In this document: positions 24,335 through 35,480 of the stretch, one piece after another | Position numbering within the stretch: position 1 is the first letter of the stretch | How the letters are laid out: each line of letters begins with the position of its first letter | NCBI RefSeq assembly: GCF_001949145.1 | Contig: NW_019091357.1 | Location: 1,244,671 to 1,294,177, forward strand | Length of the DNA: 49,507 nt | Source of the DNA: Acanthaster planci | Taxonomy: Eukaryota | Direction of reading: 5' to 3' | Notes under the pieces: model-generated | Seen by the model: only the letters and a program-made list of their open reading frames with translations | What the model was told of the DNA's origin: nothing | Databases searched by the model: none | Position numbers and translations under genes: made by a program

Positions 24335-25180
24335 TATTTGCTGGGTACCCTTAGGTTTTACTTCTCAGTGTGAGTAGGCACAGTTTCAGTTTCAAGTTTT
24401 TCCCTTCTGGAGAGGTACCAAGGCTTGTAACTCATACTGATCCAAAATATTGACCATTTCTGTCAAAAGCTATCTCTAACAGTCCCAAATCCTCCAATTT
24501 CTGTATGATTTTACATATACCCTAGGGGGTTAGGGTGAGGTTTTCCCTATGAAAACAGTGATCAACCAATTTTTGGGGGGTATCCATAAAGAATGAAGTA
24601 ATATGATGGATTAGCACGTAGTAAGGCACTGAACTGATCTGTGAACAGGATGTCAGATGGCCAACTGATTCTCATGTACATCGTCTGTAAAATCAGAATT
24701 GACTGGCCTGGCCAGTTTTGTGGTCGGCAAAATGCCGAGGAAAGAACGGCTGCAGTCAAAACAGGTTGAAGCTTTTCAGCACTCGGCTGCTGGTCCAGTA
24801 CAAATCTTACCAGCGACAGGACTGAATATTACATCTTACTACTAGTAACTCGTAGTACTATGTAGGGTTAGGGTTAAAAAAATGAATTCGAGGCTCGCTG
24901 CTGGTTTCCAAACTGGAAATAAGTTGGTCTGAACAATTTGTCTGCCGTTAGTTTTTGATGGCTGATGTTTTTTAGCAGCAAAGTGCACAGTCTGTCGCCA
25001 TTTGATTGTGGTTTGTGTCAAATATTATAATGGTCAATAAGTTGTTGTAATCTCCCAGAAAAAAGAGCCACTTGAATGAATTATTTTAATTTTGTGCATT
25101 TTGAATTAACTCGGGTGACATGTGCCAGTTTTTTCCAGATTTCAGGATTTTTTTCATTAGGGGCTTCCTAAGTTAACTCT

Positions 25181-25532
25181 AACCCTGCTAAATGCACCAG
25201 AGGTAAAAGTTGCTGCAAGTTGGTGCATTTAGCAGGCAACACAAGTCTTCTGGTGATATGAGTTCTGGTGCATTTAGCAGGCTCGGTGTTTGGTGTACCT
25301 TAGGTTTTCTGGTGTATTTGTCTGGGTCAGAAAAGTTTACCCAAGCAAATCTGTTGTACTGGTGCATTCAGGTGCATTTAGCAGGGTAGCTGGTGGTACA
25401 CTGTGGTACCGAGAGCAACATAAATTATTTCACTGCACAATGCACCAAAAGGCAATATGCACCAGTGCGCACTGGTGCATTTAGCAGAGTACCCATGTGA
25501 GGTTTGGTGCATTCTGGTGCCTTTAGCGGGGT
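25181..25532. mobile_element. MITE-like element built from CTGGTGCATTTAGCAGG subrepeats in ODC intron 2
   Basis: Left end ACCCTGCTAAATGCACCAG (25182-25200) is inverted relative to ~6 downstream copies. There is a perfect 24-bp palindrome ATGCACCAGTGCGCACTGGTGCAT at 25457-25480. Confidence 0.65.
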
Positions 25533-26211
25533 CCTGGGCAAATACCCCTTGGGGTTAGGGTTAATCCTCTCCATTCTACACATTTGAATAGATTTTTTGG
25601 CAGGATTTTTCAGTCCAAATAATAGGAGAGCTATGGATTTTCAAACGATGTCTTTTCAACTTGGTTATTTCAGAGTATGTGAAAGTTTTTTATGCAAAAG
25701 GTGAGATAGACCACAAGAAGGGTTTTTTAATGGGTGCCTTTAGGCATATACAAATATATGTATCACAGACCCTATGCTGGTGTTTGGCCCTAAAATTACC
25801 TTTGTTGGTTTTGAAGTTATTTTATTTTCGTCAAATCTCATTCCTGTAAGAATGGCATTCAAACTGTTCCATCGTGTCCATTGCTGGCAGTTTTCTGCAA
25901 AATCTTTTAATCCCTAAACATCTGGTCGGTTGGATGCGGGCAGTACATTTAAACTTGAAACCTGTTTCGTGCGTTATTCATTTGCTGACGTTTTACAACG
26001 ATTAGCGACCACCCGGAATGTTGACAGCCATTTTGCGTCATTTCAGTTTGCATTGTATTGGGTGACTGTATTTGCCCATGCAAGCTGCAACTTTGACGTG
26101 TTCTTTTCCTCTTTCCCTCGCAGCCTGTTACGCATTTCATAGGAACCTCCCACCACCAACCCCACCGGCAGGGGCGTTTTTGTCCTCTCTCTCCTGTTTA
26201 CGGCAAGTGCA

Positions 26212-29200
26212 ATGGAGCAAATTGCCTTCCAGGATATTCAAGTCCAGGTGTACGGCCGGGACACTCGTGTGCGAGACATTGTCAACGATAAAGTGATCGA
26301 CTGCAAGGACAGAGAGGTATTGGTCTCTCTTGTGCTGCCTCTTCCAAAATAAAAAGCCCCGGCGTCATTTCCCCTGCAGAGTGTATCCCTGTGCTGGGAC
26401 AGAGGATGCTTGTTCTCATTGTGTCTATTCAGATCAAGTCCACTTACCCTTGACTGCCTCGGGATCAAAGCATACTCAATAAATCATCTTCAGAGGCTAG
26501 GTTTTTTGTATGCAACTCCAAGCTGTCATTTGTGCACTGCTCTGTTGAATATGGACAAGACTGATTGCCAGAATGTGGCTGCTGGGTTGCTCAGCATTCA
26601 CTGCTTACGTTAGGCAAGGTCCTACTTGTTAGCAATTGTTAGTGCTCTGATGAGCAGCCGTGAAACCAGTCTATTCCCCCTTTAAAAATACATACGCTGA
26701 CAAAGGAAACCTGGTGAAGTGTAACTGCCACATTATAAGTCTGATGTGGACCAGTGCGAGGAGCCACTGGCTCCTAGAAAAAAATATTTTAGGTACCAGG
26801 TCAATTTTTGTACATTACTTTAGACACATTTTCAAAATACACAAGTTACATGTACAAAGTCTGACAAAACAAACAGAAACGTTCTTCTGTCAATTGTCCG
26901 CAAGATAGACAGGCTTTGGATTTTGTGCTTGGGAATAAATTTACAAAATGTCAATCCATTATTTTGGGAAAAAACAGCTGAGATAAAAGATAGGACATAG
27001 TTGTTCTTTTACTTTTGAGTATTTTGTACCTGGGACGGGACCAAAGGAAGCTTGAAGCAATTTGGTTTCAAACTTACATTTGGGACTGAAACAAGTTTAT
27101 TGCTGTGGAATTGTGGCATGCATAGATTGCTAGTACATCTCATGAATATGCAAACGTTTGGGACTGAAACAGGTTTGTTACTGGAATTGTGGCATGCATA
27201 GATTGCTCGTGCATCTCATGAATATGCAAATGTTTTGGACTGAAACAGGTTCTTTACTGGAATTGTGGCATGCATAGATTGCTAGTGCATCTCATGAATA
27301 TGCAAACGTTTGGGACTGAAACAGGTTTTTTGCTGGAATTGTGGCATGCATAGATTGCTAGTGCATCTCATGAATATGCAAACATTTGGGACTGAAACAG
27401 GTTTGTAACTGGAATTGTGGCATGCATAGACTAGTGCATCTCATGAATGTGCAAAACATCTCAGTTCCCCATACACACTTTATACAGCATACAAACACGA
27501 ACAAGTCGACTTGGGTTGCAGTTTAACATGTAATCATGATGTGTACATGTACATAGATGGATAAAAAACACGTGATCAGAGACACATCGCTCGGTACAGT
27601 GCGCATAGAAGAAGACTGGGCTGTGATCGTTTGTGAAAAATGACTGACTAGGTGGCTGACTAACAGGCACAAATCATGTCGCCATTGGCGATAAAAATGA
27701 AACATTTGGTCATAAATCATCAGTTTTTAGGTGCAAATGCAACTATCTTGGTCGCAAAGTACAGCGCTGATGTGGACTAATGTCATTTATGGAGTGGACT
27801 TTGCTTGAGGCTTATCTAAAGTGGTAAAGTTAAATAACCTCTTGTCTGCATGATAAAAAGTTAATGGCAACCAGGCAGTTCTGCAGCCGAGTGGCTTGCC
27901 TGTTTGCCGGAAAGACATGAGAAGATTGACTGCATTCATTCTGTCCCCTTTTTCCTTATTTCCTTATCATGCTAGGATCCTGATGATGCTTTCTTCATTG
28001 GGGACTTGGGGAATATTGTTGCCAAGCATAAGAAATGGGTCAGTGCCCTGCCTCGAGTTGAGCCATTCTATGGTGAGTTCCTTCGTTGTGGAAATTTGGT
28101 TCTTCTGGTTCATTGCTAAATGTTGGTCTGCTTTTGTAGAGTTCCATAACTGCTCAGTACCTTGTAAAGTGATAAATACTGCACTGAGAGATTCAGTTTT
28201 AATTGTACTCCTCCTGAATGCAGAATTCTCCAAGATGTCAAGATCTACAATGAACAGACATGCAACTTATCTCGGATGAGAATATTTTTATATTTTTACT
28301 TTTCATGAGTGCTTTGACAAAACTTCCTCTTACCCTGATGAAGTTCCATTCGCTTACCTGACAAAAACTGTTTCACTTGTGTTTTGTAACAAGGAAAATC
28401 TTGTTCCAGGTGGTAGTGATGACTCGGTATTTTTGGCGAATCCTGGAATTTTCGGGACATTAGCCACAAATGCTTCCATGGTTCTGTAGTGAATTATGAT
28501 ACCCAAGAATTCCCCCCTTTTTTCACTCAGCTGTAAAGTGCAACCCTGATCGCAATGTACTCAAACTCCTCGCCGGACTAGGCACCAACTTTGACTGTGC
28601 CAGCAAGGTAAGTCGGAAAGAAGTTCCCTGGCACCCATGATCCCTTCTGACAGATTCTGTCCTGTAGCCATGGCGATGAAGATCCACACTTGCCCTCTCT
28701 GAGTCACTGTGACTGAATGAAGTTTAACTGTACTCAAAACTCTTCTGAGCCATTGTTGTCAGATACCTGTAAATATCTACAGCTTTTTTTTTCATCACAA
28801 AGTTTGAATAATGACAGATATCTCCCTAAATGCAGACTTCAGGCCGAAGCAAATTTGTCACACTAATAGTGGGCAATCCCCCTAAAATTGCATTCATTGA
28901 CAGAGTGAGATTGAGATGGTTCTGAGCCTGGGTGTGGCACCCTCTCGCATCATTTTCGCCAACCCTTGCAAGCAGCGCTCCCATCTCAAGTACTCTGCCA
29001 AGGAAGGTGTGGACCTCATGACATTTGACAATGAGGAAGAACTTCACAAGATCAAGAAAGTTTTCCCTGAGGCACGGTAAGATGCACCTGCAGCGCTGCA
29101 TTTCTAGCTTGTTAGCTTGAATATTTTTATGGCAGTTGTGAAAGCTTTAATTATCAAAAAAATCTTTTCCCCTGTTAAATATTTTCCAAAGAAAATTTTC

Positions 29201-32200
29201 ACAAAATTTGCATTGTTGATGTGCTAGTGCCTGGGTTGACCATGACCCTTCCAGTGGTCACAAAGTAGCTGGTTTCAAAGGGAGCGTAAGATTGTTCGAC
29301 ACCCAATTACGTTAACTCGGAGAGCATTCCAAAAAGTCTCATTCCGTAGGATGTGTAAGCTACTTTAGAGAATGTTGCAATGGAAGCCCGAGGTTTCTTG
29401 TATGATAAAGTGGAATGATGCGACAGTGTAAAGTGCAACGTCACTGACACTGGAGAAGTCTTCCGGAGATAAAACAAGAATTTGATTGTTCTGAATGAAT
29501 TTCATTTTGGGTTTATCTCTAGGCTGGTGCTGCGTATCCTGACGGACGACTCGACTGCTCAGTGCCAGCTGGGTCTGAAGTACGGCTGCCACCCCAAGCA
29601 CGCCCTGTACCTGCTGCAGACTGCCAAGGAACTCGAGCTTGATGTCGTGGGCATCAGGTGATTTGCTCGCTGCCTTCCCGTCACAATGTTGGGCAGTGTC
29701 CTTTGTCTCTTGTTTGCTGTTCTCTACTGACTTGGGTCACGCTAATAAATATGTTTGTAATATTTTTCCGGTTAACAGCAACCGAATTTGGCTCGGATCA
29801 GGATCAGTGTCCAAAGGACAGGCCAAATCAAATTTGGACAGGCATTTTTTTGCCTTTGCTGGGAAGGGACTTCAGTCCTAGGTGAAACCCTGACTTGGAT
29901 GGTTGCATCATTTGGGAGCCTTTTTTTTTTTGACTTGGCTGACGCGGACACTGGCCACATAATGTCCGTAACCGACATCTTTGTAGATTGAGTGGAAAAG
30001 TCACCGACTAAATGCAGGGTTCATTTTTTGCTGCAGCTTCCATGTTGGAAGTGGCTGTCGTAATGCCGGCGCATTTGCCGTTGCCATCCAGTCGGCCCGA
30101 GACATCTTTGATAGCGGAGAGCGTCTGGGAATCGTCATGGACCTCCTGGATATCGGGGGCGGCTTCCCAGGTCAAGCCTCGGCAACCATCCCTTTTGAAG
30201 AGGTGAGATTTTCGCGGAAGAGGTCCGTAGAGTCTGCACACATGACAGAGGGCAGTGTTGTGCCCAAAATAAACTTTACCCCCATCCTGCTGTTGTGAAT
30301 ACAAACCGGTTAGAGTCTAGAGCTGTTTAAAAATTAATTCTGGTTTTTGTAAATTTCAGTGCCACAGTGGTGTTCTGCAGTTTTGTTGCCAAGGGGGTAA
30401 CTTGGTACCATGGAGGAGACTGGGAGAAAAAATTGTACCTTCACACGTTTCTCAGACTGACCAGATTGTTGTTGATGGTAGCAGAAGTCTGTATATTGAT
30501 TTTTGACTTGATATCGTTTTCAATTGCCGACAGTTTACTCATGTGATCAACACGGCTCTTCAGGAGCACTTCCCTGTCAGCAGTGGTGTCCACGTCATTG
30601 CTGAGCCGGGCCGTTTCTATGTAGCGTCGGCCTTCACTCTGTGTGTGAACATCACCGCCAAGCGCATGGTGGCCCGTGACATCCAGACGTTCTCTGTGCC
30701 AGAATCCAAGGGTAGGTGAAGTGTCCGAGTATTCTCTACAGTACAGAAGAGATAAAGTCTGTTCATGGCTGGCCAGTCTAATGCTTTGTCCAAGTATTTT
30801 TTTAATATGTAAAATATTGGAAGTTAACAAGGCCAATAGGCAACCCCAGTTTGTAAAGTGACCGTATTGGAAAGGTGGTTGAGACTTCGTACATGGAATG
30901 AACGAACCAATTTATATATGATGGTGTTGTGAAATTATAATGTCTTTATTAAAGGTAATTTCTGGGTATACTCTATTTGGCAGATCTTGTAGCCAACTCG
31001 GTTGCTCCCAGCAGCTCCGACGAGCCAGGATTTATGTACTACGTCAATGATGGAGTGTATGGCTCCTTTAATTGTCTGCTGTACGATCACGCAACTGTTG
31101 AGCCCAAGCTCCTCCAGGTAACAATACGGAGATTGAAAACCTGCATGTTAAACTGTTCTCCATAAAGATCTGATTTCTTATAAAAAATTCACTCGACACG
31201 ACCAAAGCAAGAATGTCTTGTTTGTGTTGGTTCTAAAGAGGGGAACTTAGGGCTGTGAGAAACATCTGATCCTTGTCTAGAAGCTGCCGTCATTCTTGGC
31301 CACTGACCAAATTTTCTCATTTTCAGGAAAGAGACAAGACAGTGCTGCAGTACTCCACTAGCATCTGGGGCCCGTCATGTGATGGTCTGGATAGAATCAT
31401 TGAACACTGCCTGATGCCAGAGCTTGAAGTGGGCGAATGGATGATATTTGAAGGTGAGATTAGAAACACACGGTTCTCGACGTTTAGAGGGGTCAACAAA
31501 AGAACCCCTCCAAGGCATTGTAGCATTCCTTACATTTATTTCTTCATGCCCGAAAAATCTTGTTCTAATTATGTCTATTTTATCCGTTCCCCGGAATTAC
31601 CTTTTGTGGAATGTTCATAGGAATTGCTCTGTGTTTGTCGTTTGCCCAACTAGTATCCCCACCAATGCAAAACGACAGGCAATTTAAAACTGACTCTGTA
31701 CTTCTGTCCTTTTCTCTGACAGATATGGGAGCTTACACCATGTGTGCTGGCTCCGAGTTTAATGGTTTCAAGCGTCCAGTTGGCTACTACGTTCTTCCCA
31801 ACAATCTTGTGTAAGACACAGACTTGTTAACCCTTAATGTCCTCCATCCACCTGTTCAAGGAATCAGGAGTACTCGTGTCAATCCCGAAAGTATTGACCC
31901 TTTGCAGTTCATGTTTTGTGCGTGGCATCTTGGATGGTCTTCCAGTTTCACCAACCCAACTAATTCTGTACTGTGGCCATCTATGTGCATTCATTGGAAG
32001 CAGTTGGATCCCAAGAAGAAATATCGGATCCACTGGGGTTTGTTTCCGACGTGGTCATGCAGAAAATGGGAGGCCTCTGTGTTGGGTAAAACCTTACTTG
32101 ATGTATGCTACGGCATTAAACTTAGGAGTGAGCCATGTCATTTAACCTTTGACCTCCATTGACCCCTGCAGGACCCCCCTCCAGCGCATGTTCCCGGACA

Positions 32201-32352
32201 GTTCCACTCCTTGCTACCAGAAGGCCTCCCTGCGGGACTCTGCCACCTCCCTGACCGGTTCCCGCTTTGCTGCGCTGCCAGCCAAGCTTGTCTGTCTCCA
32301 TGGCAACGAGGAGGACCCCTACGCCCAGCCCGAAGTTGAAGCACTGTTGTAA
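26212..32352 (+). CDS. ODC1: Ornithine decarboxylase with intact catalytic motifs, ~486 aa, 11 coding exons
   Basis: Exons 26212-26316, 27976-28072, 28531-28607, 28904-29076, 29523-29657, 30037-30202, 30534-30711, 30984-31117, 31327-31453, 31723-31810, 32172-32352 total 1461 nt with consistent phases. Motifs: PFYAVKCN (PLP lysine), [57 protein letters not shown] (catalytic Cys), MGAYT...FNGF. Confidence 0.97.
27079..27459 (+). repeat. Minisatellite, 5 copies of a ~76-bp unit, in an ODC intron
   Basis: Units start at ~27079, 27157, 27233, 27309 and 27385. Consensus: TTTGGGACTGAAACAGGTTTnTTnCTGGAATTGTGGCATGCATAGATTGCTAGTGCATCTCATGAATATGCAAAC. Confidence 0.95.
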
Positions 32353-35300
32353 GCCCTCCAATCGGAGGGGAAAGAATTGTTACCATGGCAACTGGCGGAT
32401 CTGCTTTGGGAAACAATTTTTGTGTTGTACCCTCTCAATTGCCGTCTCTGTAACACACCGTGTGTCTGGTATGCCTCTACCTTTGCACAACTTTTGCACA
32501 GAATGTGGTACTTTAAAGTCTCTGCGCTCAAAAACAATTTGCATATCTCCTGCTGTACATGCGAGTCAGTATTGAAGTTTCAAGCTGGCAATTTTTTTGA
32601 CGTCAACCCGAGTTCCGGCCAATTTTACGTGGCGGGTTCTTATTGATGCAGTGCTGCAAAAATGACTTTTCTCCCCAACTGTTTGGGATTACAGCGGAAG
32701 CCAGTAAATATTTGCCATTTGGTGACAATAGTAAAAATTGGCTAGATGATCACAAATTTGGATTACCATCAATTTTTAAGAGGCATGGTATTTGACAAGT
32801 TCTTTCACAGAGCAGATCAGACACAAAGTTTCCACTGATATGTTCTTACAATTTTTCTAGTTTGGGTCATTATACTAAAGCATTTTCTGGTAATATTGTA
32901 TTGGTACTGTAAGATTGTAATGCTGGGTAGCACAGAATTTATCTCACTTTGATTGTGAAGGTAACTGGGTTTAATTATGAAGATCAATTGTACATATATG
33001 TTGTGAACTTTGGACGTTTGGGAAATTGGTATTAATAGTAAGCTGCATTTGAACCAAGTCTTACGTAGGTGCAAAATTAAGCATGTGTAATCACAAGGTG
33101 TATTCATAATGGTCTTGGGTTTCTTGGGATGGCAAAGCTGGCTTAGGTTAGTAAATCTTGTAGTTGAATATGCATGGCATGTAGAATCACAGTGAACATG
33201 TACAGCGAGTTACACCTCTTCGTTAGCTTCAGTTTTGCAGTATGCATTGGTGAGTGCTCTTTACATGCTAGTACATGTATATATTTGCAATCATCATACA
33301 TCGGACAAACTCAGGAGGATATTTGTAGCCTTGATTTATTGGTGACTAGCACCTGTCACAGACATCCTGACAAGCTAGACCCCGGAGTGACAAAAACCTC
33401 CCATTGCCCGAAATAAAAATGAGAGCTTCCAACGAGTCAACTGTATCTGTACACGCTGAACATTCACAGACTATAGGATACATCAAAGTAATGGTAATGT
33501 CCATACACACATCATAACGCATCAATATCACAAAACAAAAAGCAAGAATTACTCACTGGGGGTTTCCTTGTAGACTGTACTACAGTAGTCTCCATGGGAC
33601 TTTGCCTACGCAGACGTAGAAATGGGTGCTACTGACATCAAACTACATGTATACACATGCTTTCCAGCTCCCTCGAAAACAACTCCACTCCCAGTGAAAG
33701 TCTTCGACCATTCCTTATACCTCCTTGTTGGTATTCATACGCAGAGAGTTACCAAGTAAATAACCGTAACCGTAAGTAATGTGAGTTTCAATTCAAACAT
33801 CACCAAGATATCACATAATACAAGGGGTTATTATTATTAAGCAACAATTACAAGACACACAACCATGCAATTAAAACTCTGACACAATGTAGATCAGCTA
33901 TACCATATGCATATTCATGTATAAGTTTTTAAGAAGTGAGGTCGCCCTTGCTAAGGCACAGTCCCCTACAAAAGATTACGTCAGTGTTCAGGCGATGCAT
34001 TAGTTTGCCCAAAAGGGTAAATTTTAAGTTTTAAAAAAATAATTTTGAAATTATGCTGCAGTGCGCAGTCCAAAAGTACATGTATATAACTTTATCCCAG
34101 TGAAGCAAACTCTTAATTCTAGGTTGCCTTGAAGGGGGCCTATACAGCAGCTGAGTTACTGACGTTGGTCAGATGCTTAAAGGTGCAGATGCACATGTAG
34201 ATTGCAGTGAAACAGCATTGGCTTTAAAATAATATTTATCGTGTAGGAAATCTAAAAATAGTAAGCCTTTAGGTAGACGCAGGCCTTAAATTTCACGTCT
34301 GTGTACAAGAATTTATACAAACTAGGATTTCGCCACTAATCACCTGCCTATGTTTGAGCATTTTCATAGAAGGGGTCATCAAATGTTAACATTTTTCGCA
34401 GCACGGTGTGATTTTTCAAGGCCCCTCTCCCTTCCTTAAATTAGTACTTGCCAACATTTTTCTATTAGTATCCTGAAATAGACGAACCCTTGTAGGCAGT
34501 GTTGTTGGAAAGTGCGGTACATGGACAGTACATGTGCATGCACTCTCCGTAGGAGCCAGCTCTCAGTTTGCATTTTTGTGATTTTTCACGTTTTACATAT
34601 AAATGAGAATACTATTAAAAAAAATCAGCATTATACCAGACCCAAAAGTCGGACATGGCTGTATCAACCCTCTCCTCTTCACGCACTTTGCACAACTGTG
34701 GAAATGTTGGGAACTTTGGACAACCCCTCAACAGGTGTTAAATGCAGCTGTTGTCGGTAATTGACTCAATTAAGCTTATTTGTTTATTCATTATGGCATT
34801 GCATAAGATCATTTAACAAAAGATGGGTTGGATATAAATTGGTGGTGGAGTCTTGGTTTGATGTTGGTCTTAAGGTCCTCATCGTTAATTAAAGCATAGC
34901 AATCATACAAAAATGTATCTGTTAAATTCAAGGATAAATTTGACCTTAGTAAACGTTGGTGTTTGTGTATCACATTGAATTAAAACCAAGTTGACTGTAA
35001 TAAACAAGATTAAATGTTATTAAAGACCCTGTTTGTTGCAAAATGAATTTTATGGGAAAATGAATGCTGCACGGCACGAGCCCTCATTGTTTGAAATTGT
35101 TGAACATAGCTGGTACTGTTGCAGAAATTATCCCGAAAAGGAATACTGTATTTTACAAGTGGCCTCTTATGAAAATGACGCCAAAACAATTTGAAGCGAT
35201 ATACTCATTTTGGGATAGAGGGTTGTATTATATAATGCATTAAAATACAAACAGAAGAAAGTTTTAAATTGAATTTTAGTAGAAAAGTTGGTGACAAAAC

Positions 35301-35480
35301 AATCCTCAAGCACTTTTAATATATGTTAGGTTTTTTTTTCTTTTTTTCTGGATAAAATCATTGATTTCCTGTGGGAAAGCCCTTACAAATCACTTCACTG
35401 AATTGCTGAGTAAATGTGAGCCTTTCCTGTCAATTCATAACTTTGCAGTGTTACCAGTCAGAGGGTGTTCACCTTGTGAA

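Noticed and set aside
24864..24876. Telomeric TTAGGG-like repeats (also ~24530 and ~25555)
   Set aside because: Only 1-2 units each, embedded in dispersed repeat ends; not an interstitial telomere array.
27079..27459. CRISPR-like array
   Set aside because: The units are near-identical over their whole length with no unique spacers, lie in a eukaryotic intron and have no cas genes nearby; this is a minisatellite.
26212..32352. Antizyme inhibitor (AZIN) rather than ODC, given the uCC
   Set aside because: The active-site and dimer-interface motifs (YAVKCN, FNC.LYDHA, CDGLD, MGAYT, FNGF) are ODC-type and intact.
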